Part shown: piece by piece, positions 42,059 through 53,103 of the stretch
Layout: each line of letters opens with the position of its first letter
How positions within the stretch are numbered: position 1 is the stretch's first letter
Source of the DNA: Candidatus Bathyarchaeota archaeon
Lineage (GTDB): Archaea > Thermoproteota > Bathyarchaeia > Bathyarchaeales > Bathycorpusculaceae
DNA length: 64,000 bases
Direction: 5' to 3'
NCBI GenBank assembly: GCA_963767735.1
Contig: CAVYES010000005.1
Location: 480,001-544,000, forward strand
Program-made: the position numbers and the translations under genes
Notes under the pieces: model-generated
The model's database searches: none
Told to the model about the DNA's origin: nothing
The model's input: only the letters and a program-made list of their open reading frames with translations

Positions 42059-42709
42059 ATGAATATGGAGAAGGGCTTCGGAGCGGGAGTCAGTATGAAC
42101 TTTGTTGAATTGATGATAGGAGAGAAATTGAAAGAAGCGGATTCAGCCCTGGACGTTATGGGGTCAGACCGCAAAGTTTTGCAGGTTGCTTGCCAAGACT
42201 TTACGAATTTTCTTAAATTTCATTGGAACTTGATGGGGAAAGAAGCATGCCAATGCGAACTAGTTGAGCGGTTGGAGAACATTTTCAAGGAAGATTCATC
42301 GGAGCTAGACGCGTTCTTAACTGTTTGGATTGGCATCTGGTTCAAAAAATGGAAGGAACGAGTCAAGCTTCTCATAGGTGACCAGAACGCTAGCCGATGG
42401 AATAAAGTTTCAAAAACTCTCGCTAACGCTGAACCTCTATGGAAGAAAATTGAGCAAAAGCAAGAACTTCAAGAGCTCATAGTCTCCACGCTGGTTAAAA
42501 ACGGAGAAATCTGCGGAACCGACATCTTATCCGAGAATCTGCTGAAGATGGAGCTTGGAGAAGGCTGCGTTCAAAATCTAAGCGACAGAGACAGAGTTTT
42601 TACTGTAGTTAATGAGGCGTTGAGGAAAGCTCGTGAGATGGCTCAAAGCAAAGGTCCGCTAATCTTTGTCAAGGTCGACAAAGGCTACTACAGTTCAGGA
42701 ACCGAGTAA
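42059..42709 (+). CDS. hypothetical protein
   Basis: 216 aa clean ORF, no motif recognised. Confidence 0.7.
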   Translation: MNMEKGFGAGVSMNFVELMIGEKLKEADSALDVMGSDRKVLQVACQDFTNFLKFHWNLMGKEACQCELVERLENIFKEDSSELDAFLTVWIGIWFKKWKERVKLLIGDQNASRWNKVSKTLANAEPLWKKIEQKQELQELIVSTLVKNGEICGTDILSENLLKMELGEGCVQNLSDRDRVFTVVNEALRKAREMAQSKGPLIFVKVDKGYYSSGTE

Positions 42710-42773
42710 GCGTTCAGCTTACTTTAGTTTTTTTATAAAGCAGATTTATTAGCTGTCAGCCTTACTGTTTTTT

Positions 42774-43331
42774 ATGGCTCGTTTTGTTATTTTCCTTCGG
42801 GCAATTAATGTTGGCGGCCACACTGTCGCTAAGGCAAAGTTGCAAGAAGCCTTCATCTGCTTAGGATACCAAAACGTTTCCACATTCAAACAAAGCGGCA
42901 ATGTAATCCTTGAAACCGACGAGCCGGATCCAACTGAAATTAAGAGAAATGTAGAGAAAACTCTTCGCAACTTGTTGGGCTACGATGTGGCGGCGTTTGT
43001 ACGCACAATCCCGCAGATCAAAGCAATAGTTAATCTTGAACCCTTCAAGGGCTATGATAAAGAAGGCGCCAGTTTTCTGGTAACATTTCTTGAAGATGCT
43101 CCCTCGGAGTTTCCACTCAAGTTGCCCCTGATTATTCCGAAATCGACGGCGCAGATAATTTCAGTGAAAGGTAACGAGGTTTTCAATGTGACTCATGGCG
43201 GCGGTGAGGGCGGGCTGCCTAACCCTTTTCTTGAGTCCAAGCTAAAACTGAAGGCAACCACCCGAAATATGAACACAATTGCTCAAATAGTCGAAAAGTT
43301 CTCTGAAAAAGATCAGAAAGGAAAGGGCTGA
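42774..43331 (+). CDS. DUF1697 domain protein
   Basis: FLRAINVGG, QSGNV, ATTRN.NT. Confidence 0.9.
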   Translation: MARFVIFLRAINVGGHTVAKAKLQEAFICLGYQNVSTFKQSGNVILETDEPDPTEIKRNVEKTLRNLLGYDVAAFVRTIPQIKAIVNLEPFKGYDKEGASFLVTFLEDAPSEFPLKLPLIIPKSTAQIISVKGNEVFNVTHGGGEGGLPNPFLESKLKLKATTRNMNTIAQIVEKFSEKDQKGKG

Positions 43332-43406
43332 GAAAAGTTTGGAAGAACAGCTTAACAGTCTTTCTTAAAGAATGAAATCAATAATAGAGGTACTGGAGCT
43401 TGAGGA

Positions 43407-43604
43407 TTAGACGACTCTGACTCTTTGGAGAGTCTTTCGCATCCAAGTGTAATGTCTCATGGTTGTAGTTTCGCCGTATCCGCATGCTGCGCAACGTTTA
43501 TGTCGTACGTGGTATGCGCGTCTTCCGCAGCGCCTGCATTTTATGTGAACGGTTTTGCCTTGGCGCTTGCCCATTGATGGTGTGCCTTTTCCCACGGCGG
43601 TCAC
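43407..43604 (-). CDS. rpl37e: 50S ribosomal protein L37e
   Basis: KGTPSMGKR, HIKCRRCGRRAYH...CAACGYG. Confidence 0.96.
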   Translation of the reverse strand: MTAVGKGTPSMGKRQGKTVHIKCRRCGRRAYHVRHKRCAACGYGETTTMRHYTWMRKTLQRVRVV

Positions 43605-43828
43605 CTAGGCGAAGGCGAAATAAGGACTACGTTGTCTCCTCGGACGATTATTAGTCCCAGTCTCTTTTGGTTTTCAATGTTTGTGGTGTCTTCTGTCTCT
43701 TCTAAAACTAGGTTTAGATGCTGGTCGAAACCCTTCAGTCTTCCTCTGAGGCTTTTTCCGCCTTTGAGTCGTACAAGTACGATTTTGCTGAGGTTCTGCT
43801 CAAGAATTTCGGTTGTCATTTCGCTCAT
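43601..43828 (-). CDS. Sm-like (Lsm) RNA-binding protein
   Basis: GRLKGFDQHLNLVL, IVRGDNV. Canonical lsm-rpl37e pairing. Confidence 0.95.
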   Translation of the reverse strand: MSEMTTEILEQNLSKIVLVRLKGGKSLRGRLKGFDQHLNLVLEETEDTTNIENQKRLGLIIVRGDNVVLISPSPR

Positions 43829-44086
43829 TTGGAATCCTCACGAATCTATATCTCTTCTATACTCGAACTCTCCACATTTAAACCTTATCTAGCATGAGCG
43901 GCGTTCTATTAGTTTGCTTAGGTTAAGTTAACTTTGAGCTTGAACGCGGTTGTCGAACTTTATTGATTTAAAGGTGCGTCTAACGGGTTGCTTAAAGATC
44001 AAGTGCATTGGTGATTGCGCTTTTTATCAGGTATTTTTTTCCGATCCTAAGTACGTTTAGCGAACTTCTATAAAGCTTGCTTTGGG

Positions 44087-44126
44087 TTGTTTTTTTGGTT
44101 TAGGGTTTGAATTGTTTGCAGGTTGC
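44087..44126 (-). repeat. dispersed ~40-bp repeat, copy 2
   Basis: TTGTTTTTTTGGTTTAGGGTTTGAATTGTTTGCAGGTTGC. Confidence 0.65.
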
Positions 44127-44224
44127 GTACACAGAAGGACACAGAAGGATAAGGAAGGGCAAGCGAGGCAAAAAAAGTATTTCATGCAGAACTGTTGCGT
44201 CGCCACTGATCTGGTTGTTTTGGG

Positions 44225-44263
44225 CTGCTTTTTTGATTCAGGACTTGGATTGTTTGCAGGTTG
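44225..44263 (-). repeat. dispersed ~40-bp repeat, copy 3
   Basis: CTGCTTTTTTGATTCAGGACTTGGATTGTTTGCAGGTTG. Confidence 0.7.
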
Positions 44264-44447
44264 AGTTAATAAAAGTCGGTAAAAGTCGAATAAAGTTGAT
44301 AAAGGAGTCGGAGGAAGGCGCTTGAGATGAGTACGGGTGAGCGCCTGGATAAAACCGTTTAACCGGCTCCACAAAAAGCAGGGGTATAATGCACAATGTA
44401 GCGCAAAGTTAAATTTAGGTCTGCAGTGACTATGAGCGAGACTCCCT

Positions 44448-44951
44448 ATGCCCTCAAAGCAGCGAAGATACGCCTTAAAAACAAAGGATGCAAAACAAGT
44501 TTTAACTGAAGCCCAAGCAAAACTCAAACTTGACCTTGACGCGCTATTCGGCTCCAAAGCCGTCGTTGAAGTTGTTGAATCCGACGTAGGCGAAGTTTAC
44601 CTCATCGGCGAAAAACCGCTGCTCTTCAAAGCCCAAGACAAGGTCCTGCCGACCCTCCACTTCACCGAGTTCACCGCGAAGGCTCCGAAAATCGTGGTTG
44701 ACATGGGCGCCGTCCCATACGTCTGCAAGGGCGCAACCGTGATGGCTCCAGGCATCGTACGCATCGAAGGAGAATTCGGCAAAGGCGACCTCGTTCTCGT
44801 GGTGGACGTGAAGTTTGGCAAAGCCCTGGCGCTGGGCGAAAGCCTCATGGACGCGGAAACTGGCCGAACGATAAAGAAAGGACCCGTAGTTAAAACGCTG
44901 CATTACGTCAGCGACAAAATCTGGGACTACACCAAAACAATAACTGAATAA
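44448..44951 (+). CDS. DUF1947/PUA RNA-binding protein (MCT-1/Tma20-like)
   Basis: LPTL...VVDMGAVPYVCKGATVMAPGI...TLHYVSDKIW. Confidence 0.9.
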   Translation: MPSKQRRYALKTKDAKQVLTEAQAKLKLDLDALFGSKAVVEVVESDVGEVYLIGEKPLLFKAQDKVLPTLHFTEFTAKAPKIVVDMGAVPYVCKGATVMAPGIVRIEGEFGKGDLVLVVDVKFGKALALGESLMDAETGRTIKKGPVVKTLHYVSDKIWDYTKTITE

Positions 44952-45027
44952 CCGTTAACTCTCTTTTTGTAGGAAGTTTTAAGATCGTAGTACATTAATT
45001 TTATAGTAAGGCAATATTACTATTACC

Positions 45028-45513
45028 ATGCAAACTGTTAAAGTTACTAGAAAAGGCCAAACCACTATTCCCGCCAAAATCAGGAAAAGCCTTGGAATAA
45101 AAGAAGGCGATACTTTAGAAGTCGAAAAAATGGACGAAATGGTTACTTTCAAAAGAGTGCCAAAATAGAAACCTCGCTGGAATTTTCCTGGAGATCAGAA
45201 ATCGCTGAGTTGAAGAAACAATTAGATAAATTACGCGAGGAATACTAATCTTTGAGGGAAGTGCTAAGACACACGCTTTTTTTTGGAGCACCTTTATTCG
45301 CAAGACCCAAAAATGCGTCAGAAAACCATCCAAAAAATGAATGAGTTAAAGCAAGTCGCCAATGGGATTATCCCAACTATAGTCCTCCTCGAAACAGTTC
45401 AATTTGTTTGCTCAAAAAGGGGTAAAGAAAGCGCAGAAATGACATATCGCTCAATCAATGCTAGCGGGTTAAAAATAGAGGGTTTGAATTCTTTAATCGC
45501 TAAGGAATCTTAA
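45028..45513 (+). pseudogene. degraded AbrB(VapB)-PIN(VapC) toxin-antitoxin pair
   Basis: 45028-45168 reads MQTVKVTRKGQTTIPAKIRKSLGIKEGDTL. Then a frameshifted PIN (..DTRFFLEH..IPTIVLLE..) truncated at 45513. Confidence 0.75.
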
Positions 45514-45627
45514 GACCCGTTCCTAAATGAACATTCGTTAGAATTGCTAAAAACACGTAGCCTAGTGGATTTTATTTTTGGCAAAATAAGAAGAAAGATT
45601 AACCCTTGGCTATGATTGCTAATGTTT

Positions 45628-45687
45628 ATTGGGCTTTGACGTACCTTTGTGGGTTCGTATGTTCTCCTTGCTCCTCCAGTTAAGCAC
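45628..45687 (-). other. 3' arm of 16S processing stem (bulge-helix-bulge)
   Basis: Complementary to 47276-47330. Confidence 0.8.
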
Positions 45688-45705
45688 TCTTCATGCTTTT
45701 TACTT

Positions 45706-47201
<1,496 letters not shown>

Positions 47202-47275
47202 TATGCACTCCAAATTGAATCTGCGGATCTTGTTGTTTTTTGTGTGGTACGTTCGTACACTTATTCGCACGATTT

Positions 47276-47330
47276 GTGCCTAACTGGATTTGGAGGGAAA
47301 AACATTCCACTCAATACGTCAAAGCCCAAT
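47276..47330 (-). other. 5' arm of 16S processing stem (bulge-helix-bulge)
   Basis: CUCC/GGAG 4-bp helix with AAA and CAA 3-nt bulges. Perfect 16-bp inverted repeat 47315-47330 vs 45628-45643. Confidence 0.8.
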
Positions 47331-47499
47331 TCAGACCTAACTGAGCAATTAGTCAGGTCCACATTCGTGTCCCCGCAATTGGAGGCCAACTCCGTCATTC
47401 CTGCAAGGCAAACGCCGTTACGGTAGGGGTTGAGCCGCCGCCATGTGAAAATTGCGGGGCTAGCAATTATAGCTGAATTCTATCAGAAGCGCATTAATC

Positions 47500-47515
47500 C
47501 GATATAAACATTTCT
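47500..47515 (-). promoter_or_regulatory. putative rRNA promoter (TATA with purine-rich upstream element)
   Basis: Minus strand reads AGAAATGTTTATATC, upstream of the leader. Confidence 0.5.
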
Positions 47516-47811
47516 TAAACATTAAAATAAACATTATCCCGTGAACCGTTGACCATCATAAGCCCATTGTGTTCATGCATTTAAGTGAATTTTTGCTTAG
47601 CCGCTAAAAAATGGCTTAAAGTCTTAGGTATAAATAGGCTACCAGCCTTTACTGCCGCTGCTTTTCAAATGCGCTTCTGAGCAGTAGATAAAGCGAAAAA
47701 AACTCTTAAGACTATGTGACTGCACACAACCAACAATGAAACTTTAAATTTCGCCAAAAGATGTTGGCGTCGATATTTTTAAAATTTAAGCTTGCTTTTT
47801 TAGGAGAGCAT

Positions 47812-48063
47812 CTACTTTATGACTTTTGCTTCTGCCGTTGTGCCGCCAACCTGAGTTATCTTTATTTTCACATGCTCTCCCGGTTTTGCGTCGGCAACAT
47901 GTATGACTAAACCCTGAACTCTAGCCATGGCTTCCCCTTTTGGGTTACATTCCACAATATCTACTTCTAATTCTTCGCCCACTGCAACAGGGCACCGTTT
48001 AAAACCCTTGCCATGACCCTGCCTTCCCTCGTAACTACCACCTTGCCTTTTTGAATAACCCAA
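47812..48063 (-). CDS. TRAM-domain RNA-binding protein
   Basis: PVAVGEELEVDI...GEAMARVQGLVIHV..AKPGEHVKIKI. Confidence 0.88.
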   Translation of the reverse strand: MGYSKRQGGSYEGRQGHGKGFKRCPVAVGEELEVDIVECNPKGEAMARVQGLVIHVADAKPGEHVKIKITQVGGTTAEAKVIK

Positions 48064-48186
48064 AATAACCTACGCTCTTTTTGCTAAAAATATCTAATAT
48101 AAACATCAAGTTTCTGATGTTTAAGCGTTTTCACCAAACATTCACTCTAACCATTGCAGCCTCAGCTTTTCCGATTTCTCAAAAAA

Positions 48187-49203
48187 TTAGATGTTGACGT
48201 GAAATGCCCAGTGCATGTACGCTTTAAAATCCCATGAAAGCGCCAAAGAAGGCTCAACATAGCAGTGAAGGCTGCATTTCCTGCAGTTTTTTATTTTTTC
48301 CCAGTCAAACTCTGTAACCGCACTTTTAATGTCAGTTTCAAAGATGGAGACGCTACTTGCATAATCATTGTGGACGTAGCAAGGCAAAACCACTTTCCCG
48401 TTCGGGTCAACGTTAACCATCGCCCACGGTTTGCATTGCCAGTTTTTTTCTTTAGCTATAATTCTAAAATACCCAATAGAATTCATAATAGGATAGCCTT
48501 TTCTTTTTAATTCAATGAGCTGTTTCGCAACCTTTTCGATTTCACCGGCTTGAGGCGCAGATGCGTTGGCATTGCAGTACTCGTGAGCTACCGACAACAC
48601 TATTTTTACACCTAAATCCTTTGCCAATTTCACAGTATCTTCCACGTCATGAACGTTATCGCCCATTATGGTCATGTTGATTGTTACAGAAACCTTCCCT
48701 TTGGATGCTGTTATGCCCTCTATCGCTCTTTTGAAACAACCGTTAACTCCTCTTATTTGGTCATGAGTTTTCTCCAAACCATCTAATGAAACAAATACAA
48801 TGCCGTTGATGTATGGTGCTATTTCATCTATCCTTGATTTGAGGAGCGTACCATTGGTGATAAGGCTTGTATGCAGAGGCAGAGAACGAGAATAAGCCAG
48901 AATTTCAGGCAAGTCTTTTCTCAAAAGCGGCTCTCCCCCTTCAAACCCAACACCGCAAACACCCGAATCGAACATTTGCTTCAGAATCTGTTTTTCCTTT
49001 TGGGTGCTTAAATTTTCGCTGGATCGTTTCCAGAAGGGGCACATTTTACATTTAAGGTTACAGTTATAAGTTAACTTATGTCCACTAAAAACTGGCGCTT
49101 TTCCTCCGAACGAGTTTAAAATTAATCCATGGTATAGTCTAAGACCTATCCTTAATGTTTCCTGATAGCTGTGTGCGCCGTTTTTCAAAAATTCAATCTC
49201 CAT
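48187..49203 (-). CDS. radical SAM/SPASM-like protein
   Basis: CNLKCKMC, GGEPLLR, TNG, SLDG. C-terminal C...PC...CRKC...C. Confidence 0.92.
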   Translation of the reverse strand: MEIEFLKNGAHSYQETLRIGLRLYHGLILNSFGGKAPVFSGHKLTYNCNLKCKMCPFWKRSSENLSTQKEKQILKQMFDSGVCGVGFEGGEPLLRKDLPEILAYSRSLPLHTSLITNGTLLKSRIDEIAPYINGIVFVSLDGLEKTHDQIRGVNGCFKRAIEGITASKGKVSVTINMTIMGDNVHDVEDTVKLAKDLGVKIVLSVAHEYCNANASAPQAGEIEKVAKQLIELKRKGYPIMNSIGYFRIIAKEKNWQCKPWAMVNVDPNGKVVLPCYVHNDYASSVSIFETDIKSAVTEFDWEKIKNCRKCSLHCYVEPSLALSWDFKAYMHWAFHVNI

Positions 49204-49417
49204 TAAAATTTATGGTATTCGCCCGTGTGTTGCATCGGAGATTGCATTTGTAAGTCAATTTATGTCCGCAAAACAAAGGGGTCTTAACGTTAAATAAGTT
49301 TGAGACAAACCCACGATAATTTCTCATACCCAGCAAAAAATTCTCTATGTCATGGTGAATATTTTTTTCTTCCAACGAATAGTTGAGAACTCTCCCCATC
49401 CTCCAAGAAGTTTGCAC
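49193..49417 (-). pseudogene. truncated N-terminal paralog of the adjacent radical SAM gene
   Basis: PLFCGHKLTYKCNLRC vs PVFSGHKLTYNCNLKC. Breaks off before the third Cys. Confidence 0.7.
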
Positions 49418-49491
49418 TCTGCGAATTCAAATAGATAAAAACAAGTACTTTTCTTTTTTGTTTTGGAGAAAAAGAGAATTTTGCTCTCTTA

Positions 49492-49638
49492 TTATTTTTT
49501 CTTGAGTTCTTTCTTTATTCCCTTTCCAACGTCTTCAACGGCTTTAGCGCCTTTCTTGAGGCCTTTACCGACTGCCTCTCCAGTTTTTTCAGCAGCATTC
49601 TCAACTTTTTTCTCAACCTTTTTCTTTTCGCCAGGCAT
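49492..49638 (-). CDS. small Lys/Glu/Gly/Ala-rich amphipathic protein (48 aa)
   Basis: Read by hand: MPGEKKKVEKKVENAAEKTGEAVGKGLKKGAKAVEDVGKGIKKELKKK*. GAGGTGA RBS. Confidence 0.75.
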   Translation of the reverse strand: MPGEKKKVEKKVENAAEKTGEAVGKGLKKGAKAVEDVGKGIKKELKKK

Positions 49639-49894
49639 TCATATCACCTCTATATAGAGGTCGTTTATTGCCGAATTAAAGTTTGTGACTGTGTTGGCAC
49701 GCCGATTTTGTATATCGACCAAGGTTTTGACTGCGAAATTACATTTGCAAGGAAGAAATCGAGCTTTATGGCAAAATGCAGCTGGAAAGTCTGCGCTTAA
49801 TGCGGTTAAACTCTTTGCATCGGTTATTCGGAACTTGAGTCGGGGCAATAGTTTATAAACTAAAAAATTTTAATTATTATTTAGGTGAAGTTTT

Positions 49895-50359
49895 TTGAGT
49901 AACATAATTATTGCAAATATGACTTTGACAAGTCTGCTCGTAACCATCGTTGGCTTGATTATTCTGTGGATAATAGTCTCAATACCAGTGTGGTTAGCTG
50001 GCAAAGCAGTGACTGGCGGAAAAGCCACCTTTGGCGAAGCTATGATTGCGACGCTGGTTGGCCCAATAGTTTACGCTATCACATTGTTTATAGTGGGTTA
50101 CTTTCTCGGAGCGGTAATCGGTTCAGCGGCATACATAATCGCATTAATTTTAGCTCTTATAGCTTGGATATGGGTTTACAAAGCAAGTTTCAGAACGGGC
50201 TGGCTGGGCGGCATCGCAATAGCCATATTGGCATGGATAATCTTCATTGTAATAAGCATAATATTCGGAGCCCTCTTCGGCGTAGTAGTTCCCCACACAT
50301 TCTTCCCCAAATCTATAGAATCACAACAAATACTAAACAGACTTACATTCGAACCATAA
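49895..50359 (+). CDS. multi-pass membrane protein
   Basis: About four hydrophobic helices. Confidence 0.75.
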   Translation: MSNIIIANMTLTSLLVTIVGLIILWIIVSIPVWLAGKAVTGGKATFGEAMIATLVGPIVYAITLFIVGYFLGAVIGSAAYIIALILALIAWIWVYKASFRTGWLGGIAIAILAWIIFIVISIIFGALFGVVVPHTFFPKSIESQQILNRLTFEP

Positions 50360-50529
50360 GGCACTAAAAGAAAAAAGACAATAATCAGATAGCGTAAGCT
50401 TTGAGTTAGAATTGAATTGTCCAGCCGTACCTTTGAACATAGCAGGCGCTCTGTTGCTGTGTGCCTACAGCCACACAAGTTAAATAGCCACTTGCAAACT
50501 TCAGTGACTTAATTGTGGAGTTGTAGATT

Positions 50530-50856
50530 TTGGACGCGTTAGGTGAAGTATTTCATTTTATTACTTCTGGAAGCATAGCCGGCTTGCCACCAATTGTCTT
50601 AATGATAATAATATTTGTCGTCGGATTGATTGTGGGTTATCTGGTCCATTTATTCCTAAAGATTGCCATTATAGCTGCAATTATCCTCTTCGTAGTTGCA
50701 TACTTCGGCTTATTCGGATTAAGCCTTAGCGCATTGAAAAATTACGCAACCCAATACGGATCAATAGTATATCAATACGGAGCACTCATTATAGGCATCC
50801 TACCACTAACCATCGGATTCATAATAGGTCTAATCATCGGCTTCGTACTTTCGTAA
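50530..50856 (+). CDS. small membrane protein
   Basis: About three hydrophobic helices. Confidence 0.7.
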   Translation: MDALGEVFHFITSGSIAGLPPIVLMIIIFVVGLIVGYLVHLFLKIAIIAAIILFVVAYFGLFGLSLSALKNYATQYGSIVYQYGALIIGILPLTIGFIIGLIIGFVLS

Positions 50857-51022
50857 ACTGAACAGCCGTTGGTCTAAGATACTAATTGTGAAATCAACAC
50901 TTTTCCGTGATCGAAATAGGATTTTTTTTAAATTGAAGCATGTGATATCAAGAAATTTCGATTTGTCCTCACTTATAGGAAAAGAATTAAATTTCTTGTG
51001 TGTTAAATCAGAATAAGGTACT

Positions 51023-53041
51023 TTGATGAGAGATCTTGAAAGCCGACTAATCCACCTGCTGAGAAGCGATTCTTATCTTGCGCCGTTTTCCAGTCAGATT
51101 CTACATAGGTTGGAGCGTCTCGAAGAGACGGAGCAGCGTCTCACAGATGGGAAAATGAGCCTTGCAGACTTTGCGTCGGGTCACGAATATTTCGGTCTAC
51201 ATTTCCGACGAGGCGAATGGGTTTTCCGTGAATGGGCGCCCAATGCAACGTCGATTTACCTGATAGGAGACATGAGCGGATGGCAAGAGCAAAGAGAATT
51301 TGAGCTGGCAAAGATCAACGATTCTGGTGTCTGGGAATTTCATCTGGCCGCCGGCAAATTGTCTCATGGTGATCTTTTTCGGCTCCGTATTCATTGGGCA
51401 GGAGGCGAAGGTGATCGTATTCCAGCTTATGCCAGACGAGTTGTTCAGGACCCCAAAACTTTGATTTTCAACGCCCAAGTCTGGTCGCCTCCGGAACCGT
51501 ATTGCTGGAAAACCGATTTCAAACACCCTAAAGAGGCTCCGTTAATCTATGAAGCACACGTCGGTATGGCACAAGAAGAAGAAAAAATCGGTTCCTTCCG
51601 TGAATTTACCCAAGGCGTGCTTCCGCGAATCGTCAACGCTGGTTACAACACGTTACAGTTAATGGCTATTCAGGAACATCCTTACTATGGATCATTTGGA
51701 TATCAGGTGTCAAGCTTTTTCGCCCCTTCATCGCGGTATGGGACGCCTGAGGATTTGAAACTCCTAATTGACACGGCTCACGCCCAAGGGCTCACCGTTT
51801 TTATGGATCTGATTCATTCTCACTCCGTGTCCAACGAGGTGGAGGGATTAAGCTACTTCGACGGGACACCATTTCAGTATTTTCATGGGGGGCCACGTGG
51901 GAAGCATGCGGCATGGGATTCACGTGTTTTTGATTACGGCAAAACTGAGGTTTTGCATTTCTTGCTTTCTAATTGTCGATATTGGCTAGACGAATTCCAC
52001 TTTGACGGCTTTCGATTCGACGGCGTCACCAGCATGCTCTACCTAGACCATGGTCTCAAAAGAGAATTCACTTCTTACAACGATTACTTTGACAGCAACG
52101 TGGATGAAGATGCATTAACCTATTTGGCTCTGGCGAACCGGGTGGTTCACGCTGTTCGACGCAGCGGCGTCACCATAGCCGAAGATGTCAGCGGGATGCC
52201 TGGTTTGGCGGTTCTACAGAAAGAGGGTGGGATAGATTTCGATTATCGCTTTGCAATGGGAGTACCCGACTATTGGATTCGCCTCGTAAAAGATTTCAAA
52301 GATGAGGATTGGCCCATCGGTCATCTATGGTTTGAACTAAACAACCACAGGAAAGATGAGAAAACCATCAGTTACGTCGAATCACACGACCAGGCGTTAG
52401 TAGGAGATCAGACACTTATTTTCCGACTCATCGGCGAAGACATGTATCATCATATGCGGATCGATGATGACAACTTTAGGGTTGCCCGTGGAATGGCGTT
52501 GCACAAGATGATCCGTTTGATAACCCTTGCCACCGCAGACCGCGGATATCTAAACTTTATGGGCAACGAATTCGGTCACCCAGACTGGATAGATTTTCCA
52601 CGCGAAGGGAACAACTGGTCATTCAAATTTGCTCGCCGACAATGGCATCTAGAAGACGATGTTAACCTGAAGTATCATTTGCTAGCCCGATTCGACCGCG
52701 ACATGATATCGCTCGCTCAGAAACACCGTTTTCTCGAAGGTTCCATCCCGCAACTGCTGCATGAAGATTCCTCACAAAAAATTATCATTTTCAAAAGAGC
52801 TAATCTGGTTTTTGCCTTCAATTTTCATCCCTCTCAATCCTTTACTGATTACCGATTTGAAGCTCCACCTGGAAAATACATGATGATCCTAGACTGTGAC
52901 GCGCAAAAGTACGGCGGATATGGCAGGCTGTTGCCGCAACAGACTCACTTCACTTTGTTGGACGCTACGGAAGCAAAAAGCCGAAATATGCTCAGTCTCT
53001 ATTTGCCAGCTCGCTCCGCTTTTGTCCTATGCCCGACATAG
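51023..53041 (+). CDS. glgB: 1,4-alpha-glucan branching enzyme (GH13_8-type)
   Basis: FREWAPNA, IYEAHVGM, GFRFDGVTSM, AEDVSG, ESHDQALVGD, LNFMGNEFGHP. Confidence 0.95.
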   Translation: MMRDLESRLIHLLRSDSYLAPFSSQILHRLERLEETEQRLTDGKMSLADFASGHEYFGLHFRRGEWVFREWAPNATSIYLIGDMSGWQEQREFELAKINDSGVWEFHLAAGKLSHGDLFRLRIHWAGGEGDRIPAYARRVVQDPKTLIFNAQVWSPPEPYCWKTDFKHPKEAPLIYEAHVGMAQEEEKIGSFREFTQGVLPRIVNAGYNTLQLMAIQEHPYYGSFGYQVSSFFAPSSRYGTPEDLKLLIDTAHAQGLTVFMDLIHSHSVSNEVEGLSYFDGTPFQYFHGGPRGKHAAWDSRVFDYGKTEVLHFLLSNCRYWLDEFHFDGFRFDGVTSMLYLDHGLKREFTSYNDYFDSNVDEDALTYLALANRVVHAVRRSGVTIAEDVSGMPGLAVLQKEGGIDFDYRFAMGVPDYWIRLVKDFKDEDWPIGHLWFELNNHRKDEKTISYVESHDQALVGDQTLIFRLIGEDMYHHMRIDDDNFRVARGMALHKMIRLITLATADRGYLNFMGNEFGHPDWIDFPREGNNWSFKFARRQWHLEDDVNLKYHLLARFDRDMISLAQKHRFLEGSIPQLLHEDSSQKIIIFKRANLVFAFNFHPSQSFTDYRFEAPPGKYMMILDCDAQKYGGYGRLLPQQTHFTLLDATEAKSRNMLSLYLPARSAFVLCPT

Positions 53042-53103
53042 AAGGTTAATATTAAAACTGCACATTATAGAGATGCTTTATCAGCCTATGAGTCATGGAA
53101 TGT

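Noticed and set aside
44057-44557. 166-aa minus-strand ORF with repeated TQPANN
   Set aside because: It is antisense to the PUA gene, and the repeat is explained by the DNA repeat family.
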